A stretch of DNA of 64,000 bases. Source: a virus (Duplodnaviria; Heunggongvirae; Uroviricota; Caudoviricetes). The translations under genes and the position numbers were made by a program. Below, one piece after another: positions 50,801 to 60,943 of the stretch. Under the pieces are notes generated by a model. The model did not search any database and was not told the origin of the DNA. It was given only the letters and a program-made list of their open reading frames with translations. The DNA lies in IMG/VR virus record IMGVR_UViG_3300033075_001617, positions 13,560 to 77,559 of that record; one strand, given 5' to 3'. Position 1 is the stretch's first letter; each line of letters starts with the position of its first letter.

Positions 50801-53277
50801 GAGCTACATCCCTCACATTCAAAATACGAATCCTCCGGCTTTTGTGGTGCCATTACCTGCGGCTCCAACGGTAGCGGGACCGGTGCAACCATCTTTGGCT
50901 TTTCCACATTGGTAAACTTTGAAACGTCCGTAGCCAAATGCTTGGCTCCGGTGGAGATGGCCTTTGTCCTGACGTAGTAGCATAGGGTCTTCAGACCGTG
51001 TCTCCATCCCCATATCACTGCCGAACTCAACTTGGAGAAGCTCGGATCATCCAGATAGAGGTTCATGGATTGTGATTGGTCAATGAACGGCCCACGATCG
51101 ACGGCCATGTTGATGATGGACTTCATGGGTATCTCCCACGTGGTCTTGTACTTCTTCACCAGATGCTCTGCCCGCTTCACACTTGCCTCGTAGCTCTTAC
51201 GGTCAGGGTCCAAGTACTTGTTCAGGTTGATGCGCTGGATGGAACCATCGTTCATGATGATCTCATTCTTGAGGTCCTCCGACCAGATACCGAGACGCTC
51301 GAAGTCCTCCACCAGATACTTGTTGATGAGCAATATCTCTCCTCCCACTACACGACGGCTGAAGATGGCCGAGTGTGCTGGTTCGGTCATCTCAAAAGAG
51401 CCAGTGATCTTGGCTGATGACGCCACAGGCATCTGCGCCGTGAACAAACTGTTGCACACGCCGTGTTTTGCCACCCGCTCTTTCAGTTCATCCCAATCCC
51501 ACATGCCGCTCAACTCGATGTCGAAGAACTTCTCGACCTCATTACCTACGTCGTCCTTCTCTATCACGAGCCTCTTCCACATGTCGAACTGGAAGATACC
51601 ATTGGACATTGGACTGCCCTTGAAGAACTTGTATGGCTTATGAACCTCTTCCTCGCAGAGCTTGCAGCTTTCGGAGATGGCGGCATAATAGATGGTCTCG
51701 AAGATCTCCTTGTTGAGTTTTATCGCCTCGGGCGCCGTAAACTCGTAGTCAAGCAGGAAAAAGACGTCCGCCAGACCCTGCACACCAATGGCGATGGCCC
51801 GCTGATCAAGTCCTCCCTTCTCACCCTTCTTGGTGATGTATGAGTTGATGTTGATCACCTTGTTCAAGCCACGCACGACCCTCTTGGTCTCCTGTGCTAG
51901 GAGTTTGAAATCGAACTTGCCATCGTTGATGAAGTTCTTGAGCACCATGGAGGACAATGTGCATATCGCGGTCGACTTCTCATCGGTGTATTGGTAGATC
52001 TCGTTGCACAGGTTGGACTGTCGCAACGTACCTATGTTCTGGTGGTTGGTCTTGCGGTTGGCGTTGTCCTTGGAGCACAGATACGGCACGCCCGTTTCTA
52101 TCTGTGACTCATAGACCTTCTTCCATATCTCCTGAGCCTTCACCTTTTTGCCCAAACCCAAGTCAATGGCCTTCTGGTACTCTTGGTCGAATTCCTCTCC
52201 GTATAGTTCCTGTAGTGGACGTAGTCCTGCCTTCTGGATGTCATGAGGGCACATCAGGTACCAGTCTCCATCGGAACGTACGGCGCGGAAGAACGCATCC
52301 GGTATCCATAGGGCCGTGAACAGGTCGCGCGCGCGCGCCTCCTCAAGACCAGTGTTACGCTTGATGTCGAGCAGGTCGAAGATGTCCTTGTGCCATGGCT
52401 CGATGTAAATGGCGGCTGCGCCCGGACGACGACCTTGTTGATTAAACCCACGGAGACCCTCATTTACGATCTTCAGGTACTTCAGCAAGCCCATGGCACG
52501 ACCGCCAGAAGACTTGATCCTCGTCTCCTTGCTCCTTATGTTGGACATGCACAAACCGATGCCAGCGCCCGATGAAGAGTAGCGGGCCACGTCCGAGAAC
52601 GTACTGAGCAGACCGTCGCCGGAATCGGCAGTATTGTACTCCAGAACACAGGAGGCCAACTGAGGGACGGTGGTGCCCGCGTTTATCATGATGGGCGTCG
52701 CTGGGGATATCAGTTGCCGCGAGAGGCTCTCATAGTATTCCTTGGCTTCCTTCAGCGTATTGGTGACCCAGATGGCCACTCGCAGATACATGTGCTGTGG
52801 GCGCTCGACGGATACGCCGTTGTTCTTGAGCAGATACATTTCCTCCAACGTACGCCAAGCAAAGAAGTCGAAGTTGTAATCCCTATCGTGGTCGATGATG
52901 TCGTCCACCTTTGATGGGCCATACTCCTCTATCTTCTTGATCAGGTCATCATGCACCACTCCAGCCGTATTGAGGATACGCATGGTCTCAGTAAAACTGG
53001 AGACCGTATCCTTGTGATAGGCCGACACGGAAACCGAGGCAGCCAGCCTGCTGTAGTCATAGTGGCTTCCGGTATATGCGGCGGAGATCTCTGCTATCTG
53101 TTTGTCCAACCTGCGGGTCTCTACCTCGCCTTCGGTGGGCATGGTGGTGATGACCTTGGCGAATATCTCGTCGGAGTTGACCTTCAGACCTTTGGCTGCC
53201 TTCTTGATCCGCGCATGGATCTTCTGTGGGGAGTAGGAAACGGGCTCTCCGTTGCGTTTGATTATTGTAAGTGACAT
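50797..53277 (-). CDS. nrdA: ribonucleoside-diphosphate reductase alpha subunit (class Ia NrdA) with ATP-cone
   Basis: N-terminal ATP-cone (IIKRNGEPVSYSPQKIHARIK). RNR large-subunit active-site region and C-terminal CEGCSS. 826 aa. Confidence 0.95.
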   Translation of the reverse strand: MSLTIIKRNGEPVSYSPQKIHARIKKAAKGLKVNSDEIFAKVITTMPTEGEVETRRLDKQIAEISAAYTGSHYDYSRLAASVSVSAYHKDTVSSFTETMRILNTAGVVHDDLIKKIEEYGPSKVDDIIDHDRDYNFDFFAWRTLEEMYLLKNNGVSVERPQHMYLRVAIWVTNTLKEAKEYYESLSRQLISPATPIMINAGTTVPQLASCVLEYNTADSGDGLLSTFSDVARYSSSGAGIGLCMSNIRSKETRIKSSGGRAMGLLKYLKIVNEGLRGFNQQGRRPGAAAIYIEPWHKDIFDLLDIKRNTGLEEARARDLFTALWIPDAFFRAVRSDGDWYLMCPHDIQKAGLRPLQELYGEEFDQEYQKAIDLGLGKKVKAQEIWKKVYESQIETGVPYLCSKDNANRKTNHQNIGTLRQSNLCNEIYQYTDEKSTAICTLSSMVLKNFINDGKFDFKLLAQETKRVVRGLNKVININSYITKKGEKGGLDQRAIAIGVQGLADVFFLLDYEFTAPEAIKLNKEIFETIYYAAISESCKLCEEEVHKPYKFFKGSPMSNGIFQFDMWKRLVIEKDDVGNEVEKFFDIELSGMWDWDELKERVAKHGVCNSLFTAQMPVASSAKITGSFEMTEPAHSAIFSRRVVGGEILLINKYLVEDFERLGIWSEDLKNEIIMNDGSIQRINLNKYLDPDRKSYEASVKRAEHLVKKYKTTWEIPMKSIINMAVDRGPFIDQSQSMNLYLDDPSFSKLSSAVIWGWRHGLKTLCYYVRTKAISTGAKHLATDVSKFTNVEKPKMVAPVPLPLEPQVMAPQKPEDSYFECEGCSS

Positions 53278-53284
53278 GGTGTTA

Positions 53285-54238
53285 TCAGAATTCGTCGGTT
53301 ATGTCCAGCTTCTGGTTGACCTGCGGCTTCTGATATTCCGAGACGCGCTTCTCGAAGAAGTTGCCCTTGGTCTCAATGGCTATCTGCTCCATGAACTTGA
53401 ACGGCTGTTCAACATTGAACACCGGACGGCACATGAGCTTCATCAGCAATTGATCCGTGACGAACTCCAGATACTGCTTCATCAGACCTGAATTCATGCC
53501 AATGAGGGACACTGGCAGTGACTCAGTAATGAACTCCTTCTCTATGGCGAGGGCCGAAAGCAGTATCTCCTTGATGCGCTCCTCTGATGGCTTATTGACC
53601 ACATGCTTGTTCAGCAGGTGGATGGCGAAGTCACAGTGGAGGTTCTCGTCTTTGAATATCAGGCTATTCGCTTGCAATAGCCCGCTCATCTTGTGTCTGC
53701 TCTTCAACCAGAAAATCGAGCAGAAACTACCGCTGAAGAAAATGCCTTCAACGGCTGCGAACGCCACGAGGCGCTCTTGGAATGTGCTGTTCTTGATCCA
53801 GTTCAAGGCCCATTCCGCTTTCTTCTTCACTGCTGGAAGACGCTCCAGTGCGTTGAAGCATTCATCCTTCTCATTCGAGTCCTTCACATAGGTGTCGATC
53901 AGCAGGGAGTACATCAGGCTGTGGATGTTCTCCATGGCAATCTGGAAACCATAGAAGAACTTGGCCTCAGGGTACTGAACCTCCTTCAGGAAATTCTCAG
54001 CAAGGTTCTCGTTCACGATGCCATCACTGGCAGCGAAGAAAGAGAGGATCTGCTTGATGAAGAAACGCTCCTTGTCGGAAAGCTCTTCCCAGTCCAAGAT
54101 ATCGCCGCTCAAATCCACCTCTTCGGCTATCCAAAAAGCAGCCTGATGTAACTTGTAGAACTCCCAAATGTCATGATGTTGTATCGGGAATATAACGAAT
54201 CGATTGTCGTTTGGCTCAAGAATTGGTTCCATCTTCAT
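53285..54238 (-). CDS. nrdB: ribonucleoside-diphosphate reductase beta subunit (NrdB)
   Basis: Di-iron/tyrosyl-radical helices ([19 protein letters not shown]-terminal FMEQIA...DITDEF). Start placed at an internal Met to limit overlap with the GIY-YIG gene. Confidence 0.92.
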   Translation of the reverse strand: MKMEPILEPNDNRFVIFPIQHHDIWEFYKLHQAAFWIAEEVDLSGDILDWEELSDKERFFIKQILSFFAASDGIVNENLAENFLKEVQYPEAKFFYGFQIAMENIHSLMYSLLIDTYVKDSNEKDECFNALERLPAVKKKAEWALNWIKNSTFQERLVAFAAVEGIFFSGSFCSIFWLKSRHKMSGLLQANSLIFKDENLHCDFAIHLLNKHVVNKPSEERIKEILLSALAIEKEFITESLPVSLIGMNSGLMKQYLEFVTDQLLMKLMCRPVFNVEQPFKFMEQIAIETKGNFFEKRVSEYQKPQVNQKLDITDEF

Positions 54239-54947
54239 CGTTTTTGTACCTCCATTTGAATCCATGACATGTCTTGGTTCTTCCCTTGCATACACCAATC
54301 AAGTTGGTCTTAAGATGTCTTATGTTGTGAGCATCGACTGCCTCTGAAATGGAAGAGTATTCTGCCAGCACATCTCCAGTGATTAGACATACCTTGAGAA
54401 CTGGTTTTCTTTTGTGTTCTTTGGCTTTTGCAAGGGCTGCCCTATGCTTGTTTGTCAACGACTTACCTGTCAAGGCTTCACTAATGGCTCGCTTTGTAGC
54501 GTTTGTTCTTTTCAAGCCCAAACCACCTTTACCTATATTCCTTTTGTGCTCTTCCGACAGGTGTTTTCCCTTCCAACAACATGGTTTACCCTTATTGGAT
54601 TTGGATATCTTTCGTCTCGTTTCTTCTGAGGGAATCCAATTCAAATTAGAAACCCCACCCGCAGACAGATTCAGCAGTCTATCCTGTTGTGTAGATTTGA
54701 AATGTGAGATCCAAAACACCTCCTTCTCTGGCCACTGTGATTCCGTTGTTTCCTCAATCACCCTGATAGCTGGTGATACTCCTTGTGCTATCAGTTTTTT
54801 CATCCACAAATATAGCGGTCTTTTGGTTCCATGTCGAGCATGAAACATGTGAGCATACATTCTTTTTTGAAGAGACATCATGGTCTTACCAATGTATCTT
54901 ATCTCTTCCTCATTCCGAGGATCGTAAATCCCGTATATCTGAACCAT
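54216..54947 (-). mobile_element. GIY-YIG homing endonuclease
   Basis: N-terminal IYGIYDPRNEEEIRYIGKT (GIY...YIG) followed by a basic NUMOD-like DNA-binding region. Sits directly after nrdB. Confidence 0.85.
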
Positions 54948-55128
54948 GGGTCCAGATAAATAGAGTCAGAAACGACAAATCTGTCAGGGTTCATGTTGTC
55001 TCCTTAGGGGGTTGTTTGTGGTCGTGCAATGTATGATTTAATCACCCATGATAGTAGACAACAAAACTAAATATAAGTCATTTCAACAAAGTGTTGCAGC
55101 TTGCTAACAGCGTGGAATAGAGGGACTA

Positions 55129-57300
55129 TCAAAGCCCCTCATCCTCAGCTTCAAACGCTCCATCAAATTCACTATCGTAGGACGATGAATCGGCGTCATA
55201 TGACATCTCATCAACAGTTGGGTCCAGACCCAGTTCCAGCATGGTGCTATCCTCCTTGTCCCGCTGTTCCTGTTCGCGCTCGACCTCCAACTTCCTCTTG
55301 TCCTGCTCGATGAATTTTTCCCAGTGCGTAGCGCTCACTGTTTCCTCCAAAGTGGCTTTGATGGACCTCTCCTTGTACTCTTTGTCGAATGGGCAATAAA
55401 CCCCATCGTCCGGAAGGCCGCGCATCACCTCATCTGAGTGTTCGGTACGCTCTCTATACCCTTGCTCCTCATAGTAGCGGAACTGCTTGATGTTGAAGAT
55501 CAGATTCGCCGTACCGGGAAGACCTATCAGCTTGGGCTTCTTGATCTTCTGACTACGGAATTGCGTCATACGAAGATGCCTTCCGTGGTCCGTCACATCG
55601 CTGGTGCGATTGGAGTTCATCGCCCGCGTCTGATAGAAGGGTTGATATGTACAGATGATGTTGTCCATCTTGTTGCCCCACATGGCCCCGCCAGCGATGT
55701 CATAGATGTCGGGACAACGGTAGTTCCCTGCGTTCTTCAACTCGGGGTCCTGATTCTTGTCGGTCAACTTGTCAAGACCTCCCTTGGGGTGGGCGATGAT
55801 GATCTTGTAGACATTGTTGGTCAAGGCGAACCTCTTCTCCTTCGCCCCGAATGAGCTTATGTACTGGTCATCCCTGCCGCCTGCCGAAGCCCAATCGTTA
55901 TCCAACTGGTTGAACGGATCTATGAGACATCCACCGATCTTCTCCTTGATGATCAGTTCGGAGAACCGATCATTGATGTACTGCGGAGTAGGGCTGTCAT
56001 TCTTGGGATAGAGGAAGTAGAAGTACTCGCGCATGAAGTCCATGCCGTTGTTGAACTCCTTCTCGTCCATCCGGTGTTTGTGCCATGACTCGGTGCTCTT
56101 GCCGACAAACATGTGGATCAAGTCCTTGTAGAAGTCGATGGGAGGGTTCTGCTCGGGCGAGAAGATGCCCCACTTGACACCTTCATTGATGGACTTGAGC
56201 AGCATCATCTGGAGCGTCAAGATGCTTTTGCCGTGGTTCGGGGGGCCGTGCATCAGCGTGACCTCACCCCGCTTCCATGACCAATGTCTGTCGATGGAGT
56301 TGAAATGGGTGGTCTCTCCTCTTGAGTCTCCTTTGAAGAAGGAGTTGAGCATGTCGGTCCTGATGTCATCCAAGTAGATGACGTCGCGGGCCCTATCATG
56401 CGGATCGAAATCCATCATGCCCTCCTTGGCGGACCACTTCGAGATGCCGTTCTCGTGCTCGTAGGTGATGTAGATCCGTTTGACTATGTCATAGAAATCC
56501 TTGGAGTCCACCCATGAGGCCTTGTCCTGATAGCTCTCGATCAACTTGTTCGCGACAAGGTCAGGCTTTAGTCCGAACCGATTGCATGCACCAGCGAACA
56601 TCACGAGGAACTTGTACTTGTTTCCGTCGTGGTAGCTGTTCCTTGCGTCCGCCCACTTCTTGAGGTTGCGGAATACCACCTGTTCATCCTTGATGACGTC
56701 ATCCGCAGTGAACTCGATGACAACAGGCTTCGGCTTGGTGATAATGTCGTATATGGCCGCCTGTTCGTTGACATAGATATCCGGGTCGAACGACTCATAG
56801 CAGACGCGCGCGACGTCTTTGAACTCATCGACCTTCTGTTCGTCCTGATAGAACCACTTGCTCAGGCTCGCGGCGTACTTCGCGTGGTTGTCAATTTCCC
56901 TCGGGATGCGCACGACGACCTTAAGGCCATCCCCGCTGGGGGATACGAACACCGAGAACACATACTTGCTATTAGTGAGCTTTGTCTTGAACGCAAGCAG
57001 TTTCTCCTTGCTCTCAAGGTGGTCGAAGTCAAGGCAGATGAGCCCGGAGTGTTCAATTATCCCTTGATTGTCGCGGTGTTTGAAGGTGCCGGAGAAGCAT
57101 ATGCTGGGTAGTTGCTTCTTCAACTCATTGCGCTCCTTCTTGTCTTGCTGTTCCCTGATGCGCTCGATAAGGTCCTTCGACTTCCCGTTCCTTATGCGCT
57201 CGAATATGTCCCGAACGGCCCTGTGGTGCGGCTCTCTGCTCTTGGTGATGTTCGGGAAGATCGTAACCGTACTATCCAGTGGTGATAATGCTTGCTCCAT
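55129..57300 (-). CDS. DNA primase-helicase (N-terminal primase-like domain + SF3/D5-type helicase)
   Basis: Walker A HGPPNHGKS in the C-terminal half with Walker B-like ...LIDPF. N-terminal ~250 aa is primase-like. 723 aa. Confidence 0.65.
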   Translation of the reverse strand: MEQALSPLDSTVTIFPNITKSREPHHRAVRDIFERIRNGKSKDLIERIREQQDKKERNELKKQLPSICFSGTFKHRDNQGIIEHSGLICLDFDHLESKEKLLAFKTKLTNSKYVFSVFVSPSGDGLKVVVRIPREIDNHAKYAASLSKWFYQDEQKVDEFKDVARVCYESFDPDIYVNEQAAIYDIITKPKPVVIEFTADDVIKDEQVVFRNLKKWADARNSYHDGNKYKFLVMFAGACNRFGLKPDLVANKLIESYQDKASWVDSKDFYDIVKRIYITYEHENGISKWSAKEGMMDFDPHDRARDVIYLDDIRTDMLNSFFKGDSRGETTHFNSIDRHWSWKRGEVTLMHGPPNHGKSILTLQMMLLKSINEGVKWGIFSPEQNPPIDFYKDLIHMFVGKSTESWHKHRMDEKEFNNGMDFMREYFYFLYPKNDSPTPQYINDRFSELIIKEKIGGCLIDPFNQLDNDWASAGGRDDQYISSFGAKEKRFALTNNVYKIIIAHPKGGLDKLTDKNQDPELKNAGNYRCPDIYDIAGGAMWGNKMDNIICTYQPFYQTRAMNSNRTSDVTDHGRHLRMTQFRSQKIKKPKLIGLPGTANLIFNIKQFRYYEEQGYRERTEHSDEVMRGLPDDGVYCPFDKEYKERSIKATLEETVSATHWEKFIEQDKRKLEVEREQEQRDKEDSTMLELGLDPTVDEMSYDADSSSYDSEFDGAFEAEDEGL

Positions 57301-57318
57301 GATATTGTATGTTTCTCC

Positions 57319-57972
57319 TTATAGGTCATCGTAATCAAATCTTCCAGCAATCGGCTTGTCCAGCATGGCAACAGGAGCCACATCCTTCGTCTCCTCAAGG
57401 TAGCCGATGAATCTGTCACCGAATAATGTGGCGGGGCGAAGATGTTGACGCATTTTGTCGCTGTCGCTCCATTGCTCGAACTTGTTCCGCATCACCGCTT
57501 GGAAGTCCTCAAATCTGACCCCCTTGCGCACATGAGATATGATGAGAGCAACAGCCCCCTCTTTATCATATCCTTTTGTGGGACGGACCACGCGGTGGAA
57601 TTCATCCAACACCTTGTTCGCTAGTTCCCTCTCCTCTGTCGTAGCCGTTCCACTGAGTGAAACCTTCTCGATGTCCTCCACCATGCGCTTGGAATAGTAC
57701 GTACCATCCTCGTGCTGTCTCATCACCCCGTTCATCAAGAGTTCGTTCCAAATCCCATCGAATTCCTCAGTGGAACGGCATTTCAGCATCTTCTCAACGT
57801 CATCCTTTGTCAACGCCTTACCTTCTATCGTGAGGTAACCCCCACGCTGGCTTTGATGCATGTAGCACATGAGGTCCATCCACGCTCCTTTGGTGGCATA
57901 GCTGCACAACGATAGTCGTGAGTCGGCCAGCCAGTCCTCCGGGTGGAAGATGAACCACTTGTGCCGGGACAT
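57319..57972 (-). CDS. hypothetical protein
   Basis: 217-aa ORF. Confidence 0.5.
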   Translation of the reverse strand: MSRHKWFIFHPEDWLADSRLSLCSYATKGAWMDLMCYMHQSQRGGYLTIEGKALTKDDVEKMLKCRSTEEFDGIWNELLMNGVMRQHEDGTYYSKRMVEDIEKVSLSGTATTEERELANKVLDEFHRVVRPTKGYDKEGAVALIISHVRKGVRFEDFQAVMRNKFEQWSDSDKMRQHLRPATLFGDRFIGYLEETKDVAPVAMLDKPIAGRFDYDDL

Positions 57973-57973
57973 G

Positions 57974-58258
57974 TCAGTCCTCTTTCTTGGCGAACTTGTC
58001 CACCAACGGACCTCTGTTGGGGTCCTGCTTCTCGAAGAAGATGCGCTGGTGGTCCTTGTCGATCTTGTCCTTCAACTTGGCCGTCAGGTCCTTGAAGAAC
58101 AGATAGTAGGACACGTTCTCGTTGAACACATCCTCAGCATACTGAGGAATGGGTATCAACGCACTGTGCAGCTTGTTACCCTTGTACTTCACAACGAACT
58201 CGATCTCGTTGATGTTCTTCTCTGCCTGACGCAGTTTTTCCTTGATGTTGTCGTTCAT
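57974..58258 (-). CDS. hypothetical protein
   Basis: 94-aa ORF. Confidence 0.4.
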   Translation of the reverse strand: MNDNIKEKLRQAEKNINEIEFVVKYKGNKLHSALIPIPQYAEDVFNENVSYYLFFKDLTAKLKDKIDKDHQRIFFEKQDPNRGPLVDKFAKKED

Positions 58259-58263
58259 GTCGA

Positions 58264-59292
58264 TTAGATGTTTACCTGTTCATGGAATAGTGAGTACTCC
58301 TTCTCTTTTAGGATGATCCTGTGGAATGGTTCAAAGTATGTCTTGATGTCCTCCTTTACGTGCGCCTTGTAGTTCTCTCTCTCATACCGTATCACCAGTT
58401 CGTCCAAGCGACCCTCTCCAAGGGGCGAATATAGACAATAATTCACCTGTGTATGCAACTCGGTGTTCAAAAAAGGCTCTTGCATGTTGACAAGGTAAGA
58501 GTTGCGCTTGAGCACGTCATACGCCCCCAAGACGGCATCGTACACCTTGAGCCTCACGTCGACCCTCTTCCTGCGCGCGTACTCTATGAGGTCATTATAG
58601 GAGTAGTGCTCCAGCTTCAGGCCATTGAAGTAATGCGTCATGCGGGCCAACGTCAGACCCTTCACTCCATGAACAACCCCTGACGGCATACCGATAAAGC
58701 ACTTGAGCATGAGGTCGTTCGTGTGATCATACCCATAGAGGTCAAAGAAGTTCCGGTGCGTCACCCTCGACCCGTCATAGCGCAACAGGCTGATGTGTTC
58801 CGAGATAAGCTGTGAGAAGTCGTGTTCCCGGCTCAGGATGATCAACTCCTCCCCCACTTGAACAGCCTCCTTGGCGTAAAGCGCTATGGCATCCATGGAC
58901 TCCGACCGCTCCTCGTCCACCTGACGCACGCTGAGTTCCCCGAAGTGCTTCTGTAACTTCACCCGTTGCTGCTGTATCTGGAACTCGTGCTCTTCCTTGC
59001 TGGAGCGCACACTGTGCTCTTCTTGCAACTTCAAGCGCCTGTTCCATACCTTCTCCTTCTCGGCTCTCAACGCAGGGTACTTGTCGTACTTGTTCAACCC
59101 ATCGAGCATGCCGTCCCACACCACCACCACCTTGTCTATAAGGTGCTCGGCTATGGCCGTCCTTATGTGGTCTATGACCCCCACTAACCCACCGCAATAC
59201 AGCCTGTCAGGGCCATGGTGCATGGTCATGCGAAGGTTCTCATAGTGGGCCCTGCGTAGCAACCAGTCCCCCTGAACAACAAGCGTCCTCAT
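58264..59292 (-). CDS. FEN/5'-3' exonuclease (PIN-like, RNase H/Pol I 5'-exo family)
   Basis: MRTLVVQGDWLLRRA... and VVVVWDG resemble the LLIDG.../VVVFDG motifs of 5'-3' exonucleases. 342 aa. Confidence 0.6.
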   Translation of the reverse strand: MRTLVVQGDWLLRRAHYENLRMTMHHGPDRLYCGGLVGVIDHIRTAIAEHLIDKVVVVWDGMLDGLNKYDKYPALRAEKEKVWNRRLKLQEEHSVRSSKEEHEFQIQQQRVKLQKHFGELSVRQVDEERSESMDAIALYAKEAVQVGEELIILSREHDFSQLISEHISLLRYDGSRVTHRNFFDLYGYDHTNDLMLKCFIGMPSGVVHGVKGLTLARMTHYFNGLKLEHYSYNDLIEYARRKRVDVRLKVYDAVLGAYDVLKRNSYLVNMQEPFLNTELHTQVNYCLYSPLGEGRLDELVIRYERENYKAHVKEDIKTYFEPFHRIILKEKEYSLFHEQVNI

Positions 59293-59342
59293 GGTCTAGC
59301 CAATGAGGACGCAAGTTATGATATAATCTCTTATGACAGTCT

Positions 59343-60440
59343 TTACTCCACTTCTATCTGCTCATGGGTCTGGCCGAAGTCCAACTCCCAGCCGTCCTTG
59401 TAGGTGGCCTTGTACTCCTCTATGGCCGTCTTGTCGTCAAGAATGAAACCATGGTCCGTGCAGATGATCTTCCCCTTGGGACAGATGTTCGTCACGTGGT
59501 TCTTCTCCACGACGATGTGCGTACGAATGGCGTAGGCGACTTCCATGCCGTTCTTGGTGGCGGTGATCTTCGATGAAGCCGACTTGATGCCTCCCATCCT
59601 CACGATGAGACTCGCGGAGTACGTTACCCCTCCACCTCCGTAGAACACCAGCTTTGGCGGTCCACCCGGTACGTCCGATGGCCCCGTGTATGCCTGATTG
59701 ATGATCAGGAAAGTGGCTGTGTAAGGGTACGACTCGTTCCTTGTGTTGTTGATACGCTGGCTGAGGTAGCGTCCGATCTTCTCGCGGATCACCTTGGCCG
59801 TCTCCATCATGGCGCGTCCAGATTCCTCCTCCTGCTTCTTCAATTCGGCTTCCGATGGGGTTGAACCGATGGAATCCCAGATGATCAGAAGGTCGTACTT
59901 GAGGTGGCCCTTTTCTTGGTCATCCAAGAGGTTCTTCACGTACGTGCATCCTTCCTCGATGGTCTGGATACCGTTGTAGACGATAGCTTTGTCGAAGTCA
60001 ACGCCCATCTTCCTTGCGCGGTCGAAGCTGAACTTGTTCTCAGTGATGATGAACACCGGGACGATGTCGCGCTTTTGTGCTCCGGCCGCCGCTTCCATAG
60101 CCGCTGTGCTCTTGCCGCTGTCTGGAAGGCCGCCGATGCATATGACGTGTCCTTGTGGAATGCCGGGGAGCGTTGTCTCCGTCTTCCACGCCGAACTCAT
60201 CTCTATCCACTCCTGTGGCTTGTACACAGGCTCCTTGTAATTCATCTTGGCCTTGTACTTGTCCAGTTCCAAGAACTTCTTCTCAGCCTTTTTGGCAGTG
60301 TCCGCCTTGTACTTCCTCATCTTCAACTCCTTCTCGACGGCTTCCGCCGCTTCGATGTCCGCATTGGTCTTGGCGGTGGCCAACTCCTCCTGCAACTGCT
60401 CCTCAGTCAACGTCTTGTAGTCTGTCTTTTTCTTTGCCAT
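59343..60440 (-). CDS. RecA-superfamily ATPase (putative recombinase, UvsX/Sak4-like)
   Basis: Walker A GLPDSGKSTAAME and Walker B LLIIWDS. N-terminal coiled coil. Confidence 0.55.
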   Translation of the reverse strand: MAKKKTDYKTLTEEQLQEELATAKTNADIEAAEAVEKELKMRKYKADTAKKAEKKFLELDKYKAKMNYKEPVYKPQEWIEMSSAWKTETTLPGIPQGHVICIGGLPDSGKSTAAMEAAAGAQKRDIVPVFIITENKFSFDRARKMGVDFDKAIVYNGIQTIEEGCTYVKNLLDDQEKGHLKYDLLIIWDSIGSTPSEAELKKQEEESGRAMMETAKVIREKIGRYLSQRINNTRNESYPYTATFLIINQAYTGPSDVPGGPPKLVFYGGGGVTYSASLIVRMGGIKSASSKITATKNGMEVAYAIRTHIVVEKNHVTNICPKGKIICTDHGFILDDKTAIEEYKATYKDGWELDFGQTHEQIEVE

Positions 60441-60485
60441 TACATAGTGATTTTATAGTAGATTAACCGAAGTGACCGCAGGGTC

Positions 60486-60860
60486 TCACTTGCGCTCCTC
60501 GCGCGGAACGAACTTCTGCCAATCGAACTGGGTCTTCCCGTTCGCATCGCGCAGGTTGTTCCCGTTGTCGTCCTTCTTCAGGCGCAGGAAATAGACATTC
60601 GGGTTCTCCTGTTGCTTGCCGAAGTTGACGTATCCACGGCACTTCTTGCAGGTGATGTGGACATAGTCATGCTTGTTCTGCGCGACATGTGCTCCCAACG
60701 TCAGGTCATCGCTGCCGCAGAGGCCGCATTCCTTCACATCAGGGAAGGAAAGGTTCTGGCTCTCCATGATGAGAGAATGGAAATCCTCCCCTTCAACTTC
60801 GAACGTGTGCTTCTCTTTGCCGATCGTCTTAGTGACGAACTTCCTCAAAATTGCTCCCAT
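60486..60860 (-). CDS. hypothetical Cys/His-rich (zinc-binding?) protein
   Basis: CGLCGS...H...CKKCRGY pattern. 124 aa. Confidence 0.45.
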   Translation of the reverse strand: MGAILRKFVTKTIGKEKHTFEVEGEDFHSLIMESQNLSFPDVKECGLCGSDDLTLGAHVAQNKHDYVHITCKKCRGYVNFGKQQENPNVYFLRLKKDDNGNNLRDANGKTQFDWQKFVPREERK

Positions 60861-60943
60861 AGTACATTATCATTTTAGATTGTATGATAATCTAATGAAA
60901 GTCCCGCAGAATTCAAAATGGATTCTGCGTAAGTGGCTCTGGG

